Source: Bugula neritina (taxonomy: Eukaryota > Animalia > Bryozoa). Taken from it: DNA of 64,000 nt. The stretch lies in contig OZ037771.1 of the NCBI GenBank assembly GCA_964035545.1, forward strand, positions 12,523,133-12,587,132, read 5' to 3'. Position numbers and translations under genes: made by a program. Positions 38,797 through 51,742 of this stretch are shown piece by piece (position 1 is the stretch's first letter; each line of letters starts with the position of its first letter). Under the pieces are notes generated by a model, which saw only the letters and a program-made list of their open reading frames with translations, was not told the origin of the DNA and did not search any database.

Positions 38797-41488
38797 TTAG
38801 TCGGAGTCATCTATGATGTGCGTGACGTCATCGACATCACCCTGTCGCTGCCGAAGGAGTACGGAACGGATAGCCAGCGTGATGAAGACAGCAATGACAG
38901 CTAAGGCTAAGCTGACAAAGAAGCTGGCGCTAGGAGCATGCTGCTCTGTCATCTGCCACAGCAAGTAGTTATATACGGCTGAAATATGGAACAGAGGCTA
39001 GAATAAAACGAGTCACTTTAGAACGTCACTAAATCAAGTTGAACAACTCGGCCTAGATAATCCGCTATTTTTGATGAAATACTAAACGAGAAGATTGTTA
39101 CAGAAGCCAAGGCAAAGGTGTGACATGGACCAAAGAGGTTTATTCACTTTAATTGACGCGACGGAAAACTTACTGTATATTGAGTAAAGAGAAAACTTTC
39201 TCAGCAGCAAACAAGTACACAAGTGTTTCAACTCACCAGATGTCACTAGTTGAAGGATACCATCCGAAGCGCTAATAAATGAGAAGAGTTTACTTTGGTC
39301 CCTCACATTCACCAGGTGAGCAGCTATGGACCTCAGACTAGTGGGTCCGATCACTTTAAACATGCCGGCCATGGGGCTCGCCCACCACAGGAACTGGAAG
39401 GACTGAAAGACAACGGACAGTTTTACAACAAAAGGGCTGAGAGACAGTCTAAATAGTATCACAACAGAGGGGCTGAAAGACAGTCTAACTAGTATCACAA
39501 CAGAGGGGCCGAAAGACAGTCTAAATAGTATCACAACAGAGGGGCTGAAAGACAGTCTAAAATCTACATGTATTGTCAGTGAGATGATGTCCACACTGTC
39601 AACACTTAAACTAGAACCTGTCATAGCTATAAACCTTACAGGACTCAATAGCCTTACACTCTATGGTGAATGAACAAACTTTAGTTTCTATATAATTCAG
39701 TCTGTATCCTCGGAAAAGCTCACATTAGTGCAAAAAAATCGACTATTTTATAGACTGTTACATCAGATTGGAAATTATGCTAAAATAATCACGTCTGCTA
39801 GCTTCACATACCTTCCCTTAGCCGCATACAGTTTATTGAATAATACACATACATATATACGTACCCCGGAGCTTCCTCCGAAGAAACCACTAATGCCAAG
39901 GAAAAGCAACTCGAAACACGCTGAAAACAGCCCAATGAGAGCCAGAACTGAGTCAGACATGTCCAGAAAGCGTTTGAATAGAAGTACAGATACAGCTCCG
40001 GCAATCGCCTGGACAATGGCACCATAGCCTGTGAACATTACAAATATAGCCAGTGAACATCACAAATATAGCTTGCAAACATCACAAACATAGCCTGTGA
40101 ACATCACAAATATAGCTTGTAAGCATCACAAACATAGCCTGTGAACATCACAAATATAGCTTGTAAGCATCACAAACATAGCCTGTGAACATCACAAACA
40201 TAGCCTGGGAACATCAGAAATATAGCCTGTGAACATCACAAACATAGCCTGTGAACATCACAAATATAGCCTGGGAACATCCAGCATTCCAACAGACACA
40301 AATTGAGAACAAACCATGCAACTGTGCACTAGTTGCTATACAGAAGGAAAGAGTAAGTAAGAATATACTAAAAGGAAATATATACCAGCGTAGTATCCGT
40401 ATATTGAGCGATCCAATCCCATGCGTTGAGTATACGTAAAGAGCACATCAAACTCTCCCAGTCCCGTCACCCATGCAAACCAGATAGCCACAAGTGTTAA
40501 CTGCAGCACACTGGGGAAACCCTGGCAAACTGTGGATAGCACTTTCACTATACTACAAATAATATATGTCAAAGTGCAGCAGCCCCAATAGTGTGGCAGT
40601 ATTGCTGATACTCTAGAGCTCAATTCCGCATAGCACCATACTCCAGGGTATTATTACGTGGGCACGTATCACTACAGCATTACTACCCTAGACTATATAA
40701 AGTGTACACATGGTATTATCAGTAAATTAAAAACTAATAATTCCCTGTATGTAATACAACCTTCAGTGTCAAAATATTTGTTATTACCTGTAAAAACATT
40801 ATATTACTGTTTTGAATAAAAATCTCCTAGAAGTGGTGTGGACAAACAGACCATCCTGGTGCAAACATGGTGAAGCTCTTTCAAGAATGTGGGGTAGTCA
40901 AGCAAATAATTTCAATAGGAAGTTTAAAAATCAACGAAAAAATAATGGGAGTCGTGTGACCAAAAAGGATCATCACTTTCTTCGGTCAAAGTAATAAAAA
41001 TCCAACTGGTTATGAACTATCGATACTGTTTATATGATATTAAAACAAAACAGAGAATTGTTTGGTAAAAGACAAAATGTGTTGCAAAGTATAAACTTAC
41101 TTGATACGTGAAGCAATTCCCTGGGGGTCGCCAGAGGGCGTGACACTAGAAGATATATCCTCGTAGCTTCTGCGGAGACGGGGCGGGCTGTGAAACCTGA
41201 TTAGTATGTAGACAATACAGAGCATAGACAGCCCTGATATCATGCCAAACGTTCTCACCCAGCCACCTATAGGGTCTACAAGGTAGAAGATGCATAGCCA
41301 GTGTGTAGTAGAGGGCAGAGAAACAGAGCACAAGAATGAGCGAGTTTATATATAGTGTACAGAACTCCTTGTTAAGCTGTATATCTCACATACATAACTT
41401 ACGAAATGCTTTAACATATTCTACTCTCCACTTTGTACTATATTAACAACATAGATAGATATATGTAGATACAAATAGATGTAGGTAA

Positions 41489-41540
<52 letters not shown>

Positions 41541-44500
41541 GTAGGTAAATATAAATATATATATAGGTAGATATAAATAGATATAGGTAGATATAAATAG
41601 ATGTAGGTAGATATAAATATATATAATATAGATAGATATATGTAGATATAAATTGATATAGTTAGATATAAATATATAGAATATAGATAGATATATGTAG
41701 ATATAAATTGATATAGTTAGATATAAATATATATATATGTGACCAGTCGCGACAAAACCGGGGATGTGGCGGCGTTTATTAAGTGTAGTAAATGAAGGTT
41801 TAATTTGGAAATACTTAAATTTGAAATTAATTTCCAATTTTTAGATTTTAGACTTTTCTAGTGCAAAAGAATCTAAGGATTTCAAAAATCATACTTTCGT
41901 AAGCATTTGATGATTCCTTCAGCTCTAAAATTGCATTTAAAGTTGGTAACTAAGGCTTTCAATTTTTTAAATGATGAAAAAATTGCGAAGTTATCGATTA
42001 AAGAAAGAAGACAATTTTAGTCACTTTCATAGCATGAGATCTTGCAAATTTATTTTTTATCAAATGAATTTAGCTTACACCTCTTTCTTCGTACTGTCAG
42101 AAGCATCATATTTAAAATCGAAGGCTAGTTTTAGTTTTTCATCGTGTTCCATCCAAAGTTAGCTTTTAAGTTACTGAGCTGTTTTGCCCTTTGGTGATAA
42201 ATGCTGAACTTAATCTTTATCTTTAGCGTTCAAGCTTGAAAACCACAACAATACAGGTAATTATACTCAAAACAATCATTTACGCTACTAACTTAGAATT
42301 GTTGCCAGGATTATTTGTAGTTATCAATTTAATAATATTTATACTATCACTAGGAGTAGGAGTCTGTCTTAGTCTATTCTATTCTATACTACTACTAGTA
42401 ACTATTTAAATGACTTTCACTATGACTCACAGTTTGAGGTACGGTTACTCATAATGATAATTATAATGACTATTATTCATGATTTACTGATACTGGTATT
42501 TGGTAGTAAAACCAAATGTAACTCAATAATAATACTAATAGTAATAGTATAACTATAACTATAAGTATAAGTAATTAATAATTATAAATTCACTATTACT
42601 ATTAGTATTACTATTACTTAGTACTTAATAGTATTACTGTATTATTATTTGGGTCTGACTCTGAGTTTTGCCTTTGCTATTAAAACTTGATACTCATACT
42701 GATAGTATTACATTTATTGATTTATTCTATAGTTGATATTTCAATTTACATTAGACTTACTCTTACTCTTAGTAACTTTTAGCCTCTGTCTTAGATTTTG
42801 TCAATACAGTTACTGATTACTATTACTATTAGTATTAACATTAGGCCTACTAGTACTAGTCAAACTACCTGTTCCTTTTGTGATTTTTAAATTAGCTCAA
42901 AGTTTGATTTAAAATATAATGATAAAATCTTTATCACATTATGCAGGCTTACAGTTAGTGTTACTATCAAAACTCAATTGATAATCATATTTATATTCAT
43001 AAAAGCATCACCTATAACCAAATTGAAATGATAAATGTGACTAAATGTAAATGATTATAATGATGAAATATTAATGCGAGTTCATGATGATTCTATAGTT
43101 GACTGACTTAGTTTTTCAGTAAGTTACTTTTAGTCTTATTTAGTGAGTAGTAACACTAACTGAATGCATAAATAGTTTAAACTTTTTAATTTTATTATAA
43201 GATGAGCAAAAATTTATTCATATTTTAAAGTAATTCATTGAATTCAAATTGATTTTATAGTAAATGTCTCTAATAGATTCAGTTGCACTTAGCTAGCTTT
43301 TTTACTCAATTAAATGCCTGAGTGGTTAATAGTTATCTAAAGACATTGCTTCAAAATTGCCAATTGCAGATATGCTAGATATTCAAGTGCATAATGTGTA
43401 ATTTTACTGATAATACTATGTTAATATAGAATAATCCGATATTCTGTACATTTTAGAAAGTGCACTTGTGAGGGCATTAGAGTGAAGACTCATACCTACA
43501 CAACTCTACTACCTATCAATCTAATACTTCTAATGTAGACACTCCGAATTTTGGCTTGCAAGGTTATGGCTTCTGCTTATTTCATTCATAAAAAGGTTTG
43601 CAGTCTTTTAATGATGTGCTTGAAAATTATCAAGCATTTTTTTAATTTAAATTGTTCTGTTTAATTCAATAAATTTAAACGTTGATGAAATGCAGGATCA
43701 CAATTAACTACTGCCATAATAGTACTACAAGAGTGTTCAGCCAACTAAATTTTTATAATATAACTGGGTATAATTTCTAATCAAGCTACCGTTTCCTTTT
43801 GTTATTTAAAGAAAGTCAACATTGTACTTTCAGCTCTGGAATAGACAATAAGTGGGTAGATTGGCAGGATGGATGTCAAGTAGCAGCATCTATAATTGCT
43901 AGAAAATCAACTGATGATAGTGATGAAGCTTTTGCCACATACATGATGTTATGTGTCCATACTCCATAAACTCATATTATTAAGACTAAAGAAGTAGAAA
44001 GATGAAAAGTGCCTTTTTGCAAAAACCGTAGAAGCTACCTAATTTTCTTTTCTTGATAAGAGTTAATTCAAGCATAATGGTTGTATCCAGGCTGGATTTT
44101 TTACTGCATTTAATTGGTTTTTTAAAATAATGTATTTGATGTTTTAAATGTGAATATTAATGCCTAATAAAACTCAAAAGTTCAAATAGCTGATTTTATG
44201 TTTATAATATTTTCAACATCTCAGCCAAATCAATTGCTAAATTTAGTTGCTGTTAGAGATTATAAAGATATTTATGAATGAACCTCGCATGATCTCATAA
44301 TAGTCAAATAATTTTCTCATAAGTGTTCTACTCATAAAGCAATAATTATGAAACAGCACAGCTCAATAGCTGCAGTTTGATATATTACAGAATATATTAG
44401 AGGAAAGGGAGGTATTCAATGTATAAGAGGAAGCAGCTGCCATTTCGTTTTATATGATTTCCTGCTGACTTGGATGCCTAATTTAAATATCTCAACACAC

Positions 44501-47500
44501 AAACTTGCTGAAACATCTTCTTCTTTGCTGAAATTGTTAAACCTTTTAACCATTAAACAAAGTAAAAAGCAAATTGACAAATAAATTAGACAAAAAGTTT
44601 GGCGGCCATATTTGACCTAATTTTATGTTGAGGCAGCATGAAATTTAGTTTAACAGAAAGCCCAAACTTTCACAATTATTTTGATACCAAATTTGTCACT
44701 ATTCCTGTTATACAAAGACCCGTTGCTAAGGCTTGTAAATTGTAAACAAATAATTCTCAACTTATTCTAGAGTTGCCAACTTTAAACGCGATTTTCTCGA
44801 AACAGTAATTTAGAAATTCTAAAAACGTTAAGGTTTTTAAATACTGATATCTCGAGTTCTACTCATGCTAGAGACTTCAAATAAAGTGCAAAATGTTCAA
44901 AAAAGTCTGCTCTATCACTCCATAGTAATAACTAGGTATCCAACATTTTATATGCATCCCTTGTTTTGTGGTGCCAGGTCACATATATAGATAGATATAA
45001 ATAGATGTAGGTAAATATAAATATATATAGGTAGATATAAATAGATGTAGGTAGATATAAATAGATGTAGATAGATATAAATATATATAATATAGATAGA
45101 TATATGTAGATATAAATAGATATAGTTAGATAGTAATATATATAATATAGATAGATATATGTAGATAGACAAAGAAACAAGAAATCATCTCACCATCCGG
45201 AGTGTTGACTAAACCGCCCACAGTGAAGGACCCTAGAGCAGTTCCCACACCCATAACACACTGCAGTATAACTATCCTGATGGTCCTATCAGCTCCACTT
45301 GTGGTTGTAGATATATGGCTGGAGAGAAACAGATGACGCAGTATGAATTAAAATAATTATACTCTATCATGAAACTTTATCAAAAGTCACTTAATTAAAA
45401 TAAGTCACGTAGTCATCAGTAGATGCAGAGTAGCAGCTGTTGTAAGGTGAGCTGAGCCTTGCTATGAGGTAGTAGAGTCAAGCTGAGGTACGCACACATA
45501 ACTCAGGACATGTTTCGGCATGAAATGGGTTTCCAGTAAAGTGAATGGACTATTTTACTATTCAGGTAGAAAGGTTGAAAATAATAATACTATGTTATAA
45601 GAAAAGATCAATAATTTAACTTAGTGAAGCTTCAAACAATTAAAGTGCATGCTGGGTAAGCAATCAGCAGTGAATTATGGGTAGAAAATCAGCAGTGCAT
45701 TCTGGGTAACATCAGGTATGGAGCCAGAAATATACACACCTGAACGAGGCCATTATAATAGAAGCGAAGCCGCCACAGGCTCCAGTAATGACTGCACCAA
45801 CCACCATATAGCTTACATTCAGCATTTCCATCTTCGTCATTAGAATGTAATACAGACATCCTAAACACAACGTAATATATGTTAGACACTGTCATTAGAA
45901 TGTAATACAGACATCCTAAACACAACATAATATATGTTAGACACTGTCATTAGAATGTAATACAGACACCCTAAACACAACATAATATATGTTAGACACT
46001 GTCATTAGAATGTAATACAGACATCCTAAACACAACATAATATATGCTAGACAGTGTCATTAGAATGTAATACAGACACCCTAAACACAACATATTATAT
46101 GCCAGACACTGTCATTAGAATGTAATACAGACACCCTAAACACAACATATTATATGCCAGACACTGTCATTAGAATGTAATACAGACACCCTAAACACAA
46201 CATATTATATGCCAGACACTGTCATTAGAATGTAATACAGACACCCTAAACACAACATATTATATGTTAGACACTGTCATTAGAATGTAATACAGACACC
46301 CTAAACACAACATAATATATGTTAGACACTGTCATTAGAATGTAATACAGACATCCTAAACACAACATAATATATGCTAGACAATGCCATTAGAATGTAA
46401 TACAGACACCCTAAACATGATATATGCCAGACACTGTCAGTATATTATGCATAATGATTATGTCATACTGTCACGTTAAACACACAAATAAGTCACTTTA
46501 TTTTATTTAATACAGATTCAATGTGTTCATTCTTGAATATTTTTTGTAGAATTCTAGTTGCTAATATACATGTCTTTTTGTAAAACTAATAAAGTGTTGA
46601 CAAATGAAACCAAATAATTTAATTATTTCAAAGTTTTTGAGCCAGTCTATTTAATTTTGTGCATTTCATTTCATAGTCTGCAGCTAGTACAGGTTTCAAA
46701 TAAGATCAAATACACACCAATTCTCATCTGGTAGCCAAATGTCTTTCTAGAAAAGTTGATCACATTTTGTTTTGAAATTTTATTCCAGAGGTCAGCAGTT
46801 TATTGCTGCAGAACTCTCAGTTTTAATTTGGAGACAGCGTATAAAACTACACCAGAGGGTAAATTTGCAAGAATTCTGAACTAATTTCAATCTTTGGTTC
46901 TAATTTGCTGGTGTGTACTAAATAAAGTAAAATGAAACAAACATAAACAGATTTTAAATGGATTTAATGACCAGTTTTTCTGATTTTTCGTTCAAGTATA
47001 AAAAAACTTTTTTTGCATCAACCATTTTTCCTCATTAGCTTGCCTGCAACAATAAGTAGAGTCTATTTGACGAAATTTTTACCTAGAATTTTAGAATAAA
47101 TACAGTACTAAACACTATGCTAGCAAAAGAGCCTGAATAGAATATAATAAAGCTTAATATTGCTCTTCAAAGTCATCAAATGTTTTTTTCATGCCAGCTG
47201 AAGGGTTACAAAGGTTTGAACAATATGTTATCCCTGTACCCCCTCAACCCAAAGGAAGAAGGAAAGATATACAGTCAATTTTTTACGCTATACAAAACAC
47301 TACTTTAGTTTATAGAATTGCGTCTCGGAGTTTCTATGGATACAGAAAAACAATGTTGAGTCGCAGCTGACTTAATTTTCAAACTCGCATTGTACTTTAC
47401 AAAATAATATTTTTCCAGTCATCAACATGCTGTCAATCACTGCGCTTCCATGACTGCGAATAGACTGCTCATGCGGATTAATTTGTGGTTGCAGCACGAT

Positions 47501-48239
47501 TTTATGGTTGTGATTTCATTCGATGCAACTGTTTCTAAACATTGGATGAAGGTAATGCTGCGAATGATGGAAATGCAGTGAATAACTTGAAGCATTTTGC
47601 TGAGATAATCAACTTTTAAAAATGGAGTTGATAATGTTTAAGGCTTACCGAGACCCTGCCCAATGCAAGGTAGTATCATTGGAATTTTCCTCCCTTTCCT
47701 ATCTCCATAGAGACCAAGCAACAACGTCACAATAGTAGAGGGTATAGTGAAACATATTGTCTGATAGAAGAGCCACATAGATCCACCTTTAGACACAACA
47801 TCCTCTTCTACTGTGTTATTGGCTGTAATCTTAGCATTGACTAGATCTCTACACAAGTCAGTACTATAGTTATGAACAGTCCGACACACCTAGAGATCAA
47901 TTCGGTGATAGTTAATTATCAAAACACACAATAATGATTCTACGGTGAGAATCAGAGCAAGATAATCAACATATTAACTTAATAGTAATAAAAGCCACTC
48001 TAAACATAATTAACAAAAGCAACCATTACACCATAAGGAGCATGTCATTAGTGTATCAGAGACTGTCAGGCAACAGTTTGACTGCTCACTGACTTGTGAA
48101 TGGCAGACAGTACTCTGTATTAGCATACTTTGTACATGTAGAGACTACTGGTAGCTGGTATTAGATAATACAGGCATATCATGTAGATAAACATAATGGG
48201 CTCCACATAGATACTCGATACTATACTTCTCAGGCCCAT
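38797..48239 (-). CDS. SLC46-family MFS transporter (PCFT/SLC46A3-like), 483 aa, 9 coding exons
   Basis: Exons 48239-48129, 47889-47649, 45860-45740, 45318-45194, 41275-41101, 40552-40386, 40028-39865, 39402-39237 and 38978-38797 join in frame (1452 nt). N-terminal VEP motif, YKVC, MFS motif [34 protein letters not shown], and many hydrophobic helices. An acceptor AG directly precedes the ATG, implying a further upstream exon. Confidence 0.88.
39403..39560. repeat. 36-bp minisatellite (~4.5 units) at the SLC46 intron 7 acceptor
   Basis: Unit ctgaaagacagtctaaatagtatcacaacagagggg. Confidence 0.9.
40025..40280. repeat. 22-bp minisatellite (~11.5 units) spanning the SLC46 intron 6 acceptor
   Basis: Unit tagcctgtgaacatcacaaa(c/t)a. 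Confidence 0.95.
41450..41737. repeat. Compound ATAG/TA repeat, resumed at 44984-45170 beyond an insertion
   Basis: atagatgtaggtagatataaat-type units on both sides of the 41738-44983 element. Confidence 0.9.
41738..44983. mobile_element. ~3.2-kb degenerate TIR element with TGT...ACA ends, inserted in a (TA)n tract
   Basis: Left end TGTGACCAGTCGCGACAAAACCGGGGATG versus right end (reverse complement) TGTGACCTGGCACCACAAAACAAGGGATG. TATA on both flanks. No intact transposase ORF. Confidence 0.75.
45836..46438. repeat. 55-bp minisatellite (~11 units) spanning the SLC46 intron 2 acceptor and the exon 3 start
   Basis: Unit gtcattagaatgtaatacagaca(t/c)cctaaacacaacataatatatgttagacact. Starts at 45836, 45891, 45946 and onward. 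Confidence 0.97.
47438..47583. mobile_element. MITE family, copy 2
   Basis: CACTGCGCTTCCAT...ATGGAAATGCAGTG. Homologous to 20983-21154. Confidence 0.75.
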
Positions 48240-49744
48240 CTAAAACATTCACATACAGCAATACAGTTGTGTAACTAGCAAAGGGTTGCTCTTTGACTGA
48301 ATTATTAGGTTATGTATAGTAAAAATCTTTTGTTTTCTATACGAGTTAGTTTGGTATAATGCAGTAGATAGATCTATGCTATTAATCAAGCAGAGACTGG
48401 AGCCTAACCCTAGCAGTTATATGATAATTAAGCTGCATAGTAAAAATGACATGCTACAGGTCTCATCGGCTAATGATTAGGTGAAATTTATTGATAAGAA
48501 CCATGAATATAAAATCATTTATCTTAGAATTATACTATTTAAATGATAGATAACTCCATTTAAAAACAACTTGAACAAGTGACCCCAACAAAATTAGCTA
48601 AATTAGGGTGAGCATTGTTCTGTCTCTACAGCATGTTTTGGAAAATTTTTTAGAACAAAACTGCAGTTTATGAATGAAAGTTTTAATTTTCCTAAATATA
48701 CTGCTGCATAGCAACATTTGTTGCATGCTTCGCATTCTAACGTATCACTTAATGATGCTTAAGTGTTCACAAATGATGCATCATTGTAACAAGGAAACAA
48801 TATACATAAAACTGTGTATAAGTGACTCAGAGTGATAGCTATAGCAAATAGTTCACTCACTAAACTTGCTTAACTTTTCACTGTGATGCTTTTGTTATTG
48901 CGAATATTGGCAAAAAAGTGCATTTGTATTTAGCGTTATATTCTGTTATTATTATGTGTAAATTACCACTGTTATTCATCTACCAGAACCTTTCAGGTTC
49001 ACGTCTAGGCATTCATATTTTAGTCTGTTGCGTTTATATGCAGCCCTGTAAGTTTACACAGTATGACTTTTGCCAACTTTACAAGATTTTGTATATTAAT
49101 GTCAAAAAAATGGTAAAAACATGTCATTAATCTCTTCTCCTTCGTGACTGTACACCAGAAAAGAATTTTAACTCATCAATAGCCTCATCATAGCCTTATT
49201 TTAAGCAACAAATGTATTATTACACATAATAAGCATATTTTGGCAACGTCTTGAAACGTACAGTCATAACGTATTCAATTATCTTTTGTTTCTAATTGTG
49301 TGAAAAAAATCTTCAATCAGTAGTCTCTAAAGTGTTAACTTAGCTAGAAGATGCATGCTGTTGGTTATTGTTGGCATATCAAACAAAATATACTACTAGT
49401 TGAAATTACTGTGCAGCTCCTTTCATGTTCACAGCATCCGTGCTGATGCAATCACAATCACATTCAATATGAATAGAAATATTACTCTGAATTTAAATCT
49501 TGGGCACCGTTACTGTGATACTTATACTCATAGTGACTATGACTGTCACTCAGTCAGTAATACTTATAGTTATACAACTATTATTAGCATAAGTATCATG
49601 TTCACTATGAAATTAATAATTATGACTTTGAGTGCAAGCATGAACTCACTACGTCTATCAGTATCTCTTTGACTACCAGTAATGAGCAAAACTAAATGTT
49701 ACCAAATTACAATTAGTATTACTATAACCCTTAGCATAAATCAA

Positions 49745-49952
49745 TCTGTGGTCTAGGGGTTAGAGTGTTCGTTAGTAAGCAGGAATTCATGGGTTCGAGC
49801 CCGGACAAAGGCCATTGGTGATGTTAGGAAGAGCATCCAGTAATAATTTTGCTCCTGTGCCTCATCTGAATAAGTTCTTAACCCGATTTAACAAAAACCA
49901 TTTCAGGGGTTTTCTCACAGGGATGGTGACTATAAACTTTTGTGAGTTTTTA
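49745..49952 (+). mobile_element. tRNA-derived SINE, copy 2
   Basis: ctgtggtctaggggttagag...gggttcgagccc...aggaagagcatccagt...gactataaacttttgtgagttttt. Confidence 0.85.
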
Positions 49953-51713
49953 TTAGTATTAATCAATCATTATTGAATGATTGTATTATAGTACTACTCA
50001 TACTAACAGTATACTAATAGTATTACTATTAATAGGAGTATCCCAATCACTGCCGGTATCACAGATCACTGTCACTATGGGTATGGTTATCACAATCTGA
50101 ATCACCATCAGATTCATTAATGATTAATGATTGGCAGTATCAATATGAGTATGACACTAATTGTAACTGTAAATGTATCACTGCCACTGTTTGTGGAAGT
50201 GGGTACAATTATGAGTTTCAGTATGAGTATCCTGTATCAGTATGAGTACTATTAGACAATCCTAATTGGAAATCAGTATTACAATCACAATTGATATTAG
50301 AAAATTAATAATATTAATATTATATTTAATAAAATTCAAACTGAATTACTAATACTAATAGTAACACTAATTAGAACAGTCAATAGCAATATACTAAAAG
50401 TTGAACTTGAATTTTAAGTTAAAGTTAAGGTTATTGTGATGGTAGGTTTTTACAATTTAGAGTTATTGCAAATTCCCCGAATAATATAATTGTTGTGGCC
50501 TTCGGTTTAGCTCGAGGTGAGTATATTGGTATGGGCTGCTTGGCTTGGCTTGCGAGATAACTTCAGCTTCTGTCAGTCTGTAAGGGGTAGAGCTAGGACT
50601 TCAGGTTAGGGTATTCGTTTGGTGGTGCTCCACAGTCTAGGATCCTGAGTTTTCACTCACTAATACACCTTGACTGTTCTTGTTGGTTCCTTCAGTGACT
50701 CCTTTGACTCAAAACACGTCTGTTTTGGTCTGGATGGTATTTAGGAGTGTCAACTGAATGTTTCAGTAGCTCCGCCTTCTGCCAAGCAGCATATCAGGGA
50801 CATCAGAGATCAGCTGTATGATTGTCAAGGTTTGTAGTCAAGGCAGCAGCTCCTAGATTTCCATATATGGTTATACAGGAGCTGCAACACTGATTAGCCA
50901 ATAATACATAACCAACTCATACACTGGAGAGGGGTGTTACCATTCATATAAGAAGTGCTGCTGTCCACAGCTGTTACCAAGAGATTATACACGCACTACC
51001 TAAGTATGTCTTGAGTCTTTGGGCTTTGTGCTGGGTTGTACCTAGGTCAATAGTTAATGTACTCATAACTCAATGATGGCAGCCAAGAGTAATGTGGTAT
51101 TATTGTGGTACCAGTCTCCATAATGTTAATATAAGATATCATTAAATTCATGCTGGTAATGAAGTCCTCTATTTGTTATGTTACTGATCGCAATACCAAG
51201 CACCAACTTTAAGAGAACAGCTGGTAGTAATGTCAGTGCAGTTAATGTTATCTCATATGTGATATGTGTATGTCACAGTGCGTTTCAGTTTTATTTTTAC
51301 TAAAACTAAAAGTAAATCACAGTAAAAATTTAAAATGCAATCATTTAGATGTAACATTATCATAGTAAATAATTATATTTTAATTTATAATCAGTATGAC
51401 TTAAGACTGTGGAACTGAGTATGAGTATCAGTATGACTATTGACTACGAGTACGAGTACGAGTAATAGTATGATATCCCTAAAATTAAAAGTAAAACTCA
51501 AACTGTGAAACTAAAAGTAAAAGTAAATACTAGATACACTAAATAATCATACTAAGAATAATAATAACAGTAATAGTAATACTAATAGTAATTGTAAATA
51601 CTAATACTAACACTAATAGTAAGTATAATTATTATATTTAGTTGTATTAGTAATACTAATACTAATAGTAAGTAATAGTATTACTGCATTTGCCACTATT
51701 TGTTTTGCTACCC

Positions 51714-51742
51714 TGGGGCGGAACTACGAGAAATTGGCCAAT
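51714..51742. promoter_or_regulatory. Possible promoter (GC box + CCAAT) between the divergent SLC46 and ANKRD39 genes
   Basis: GGGGCGGAACTAC and GGCCAAT sit together in otherwise AT-rich DNA. Motif evidence only. Confidence 0.25.

Noticed and set aside
39403-39648. N-terminal [12 protein letters not shown] repeats of ORF 39082-39648
   Set aside because: Read-through into the intronic 36-bp minisatellite; the real exon is 39402-39237.
41421-45180. Tyr/Ile-rich ORFs (41421-41837, 44932-45180; also 4569-4811)
   Set aside because: Translations of TA/ATAG microsatellites.
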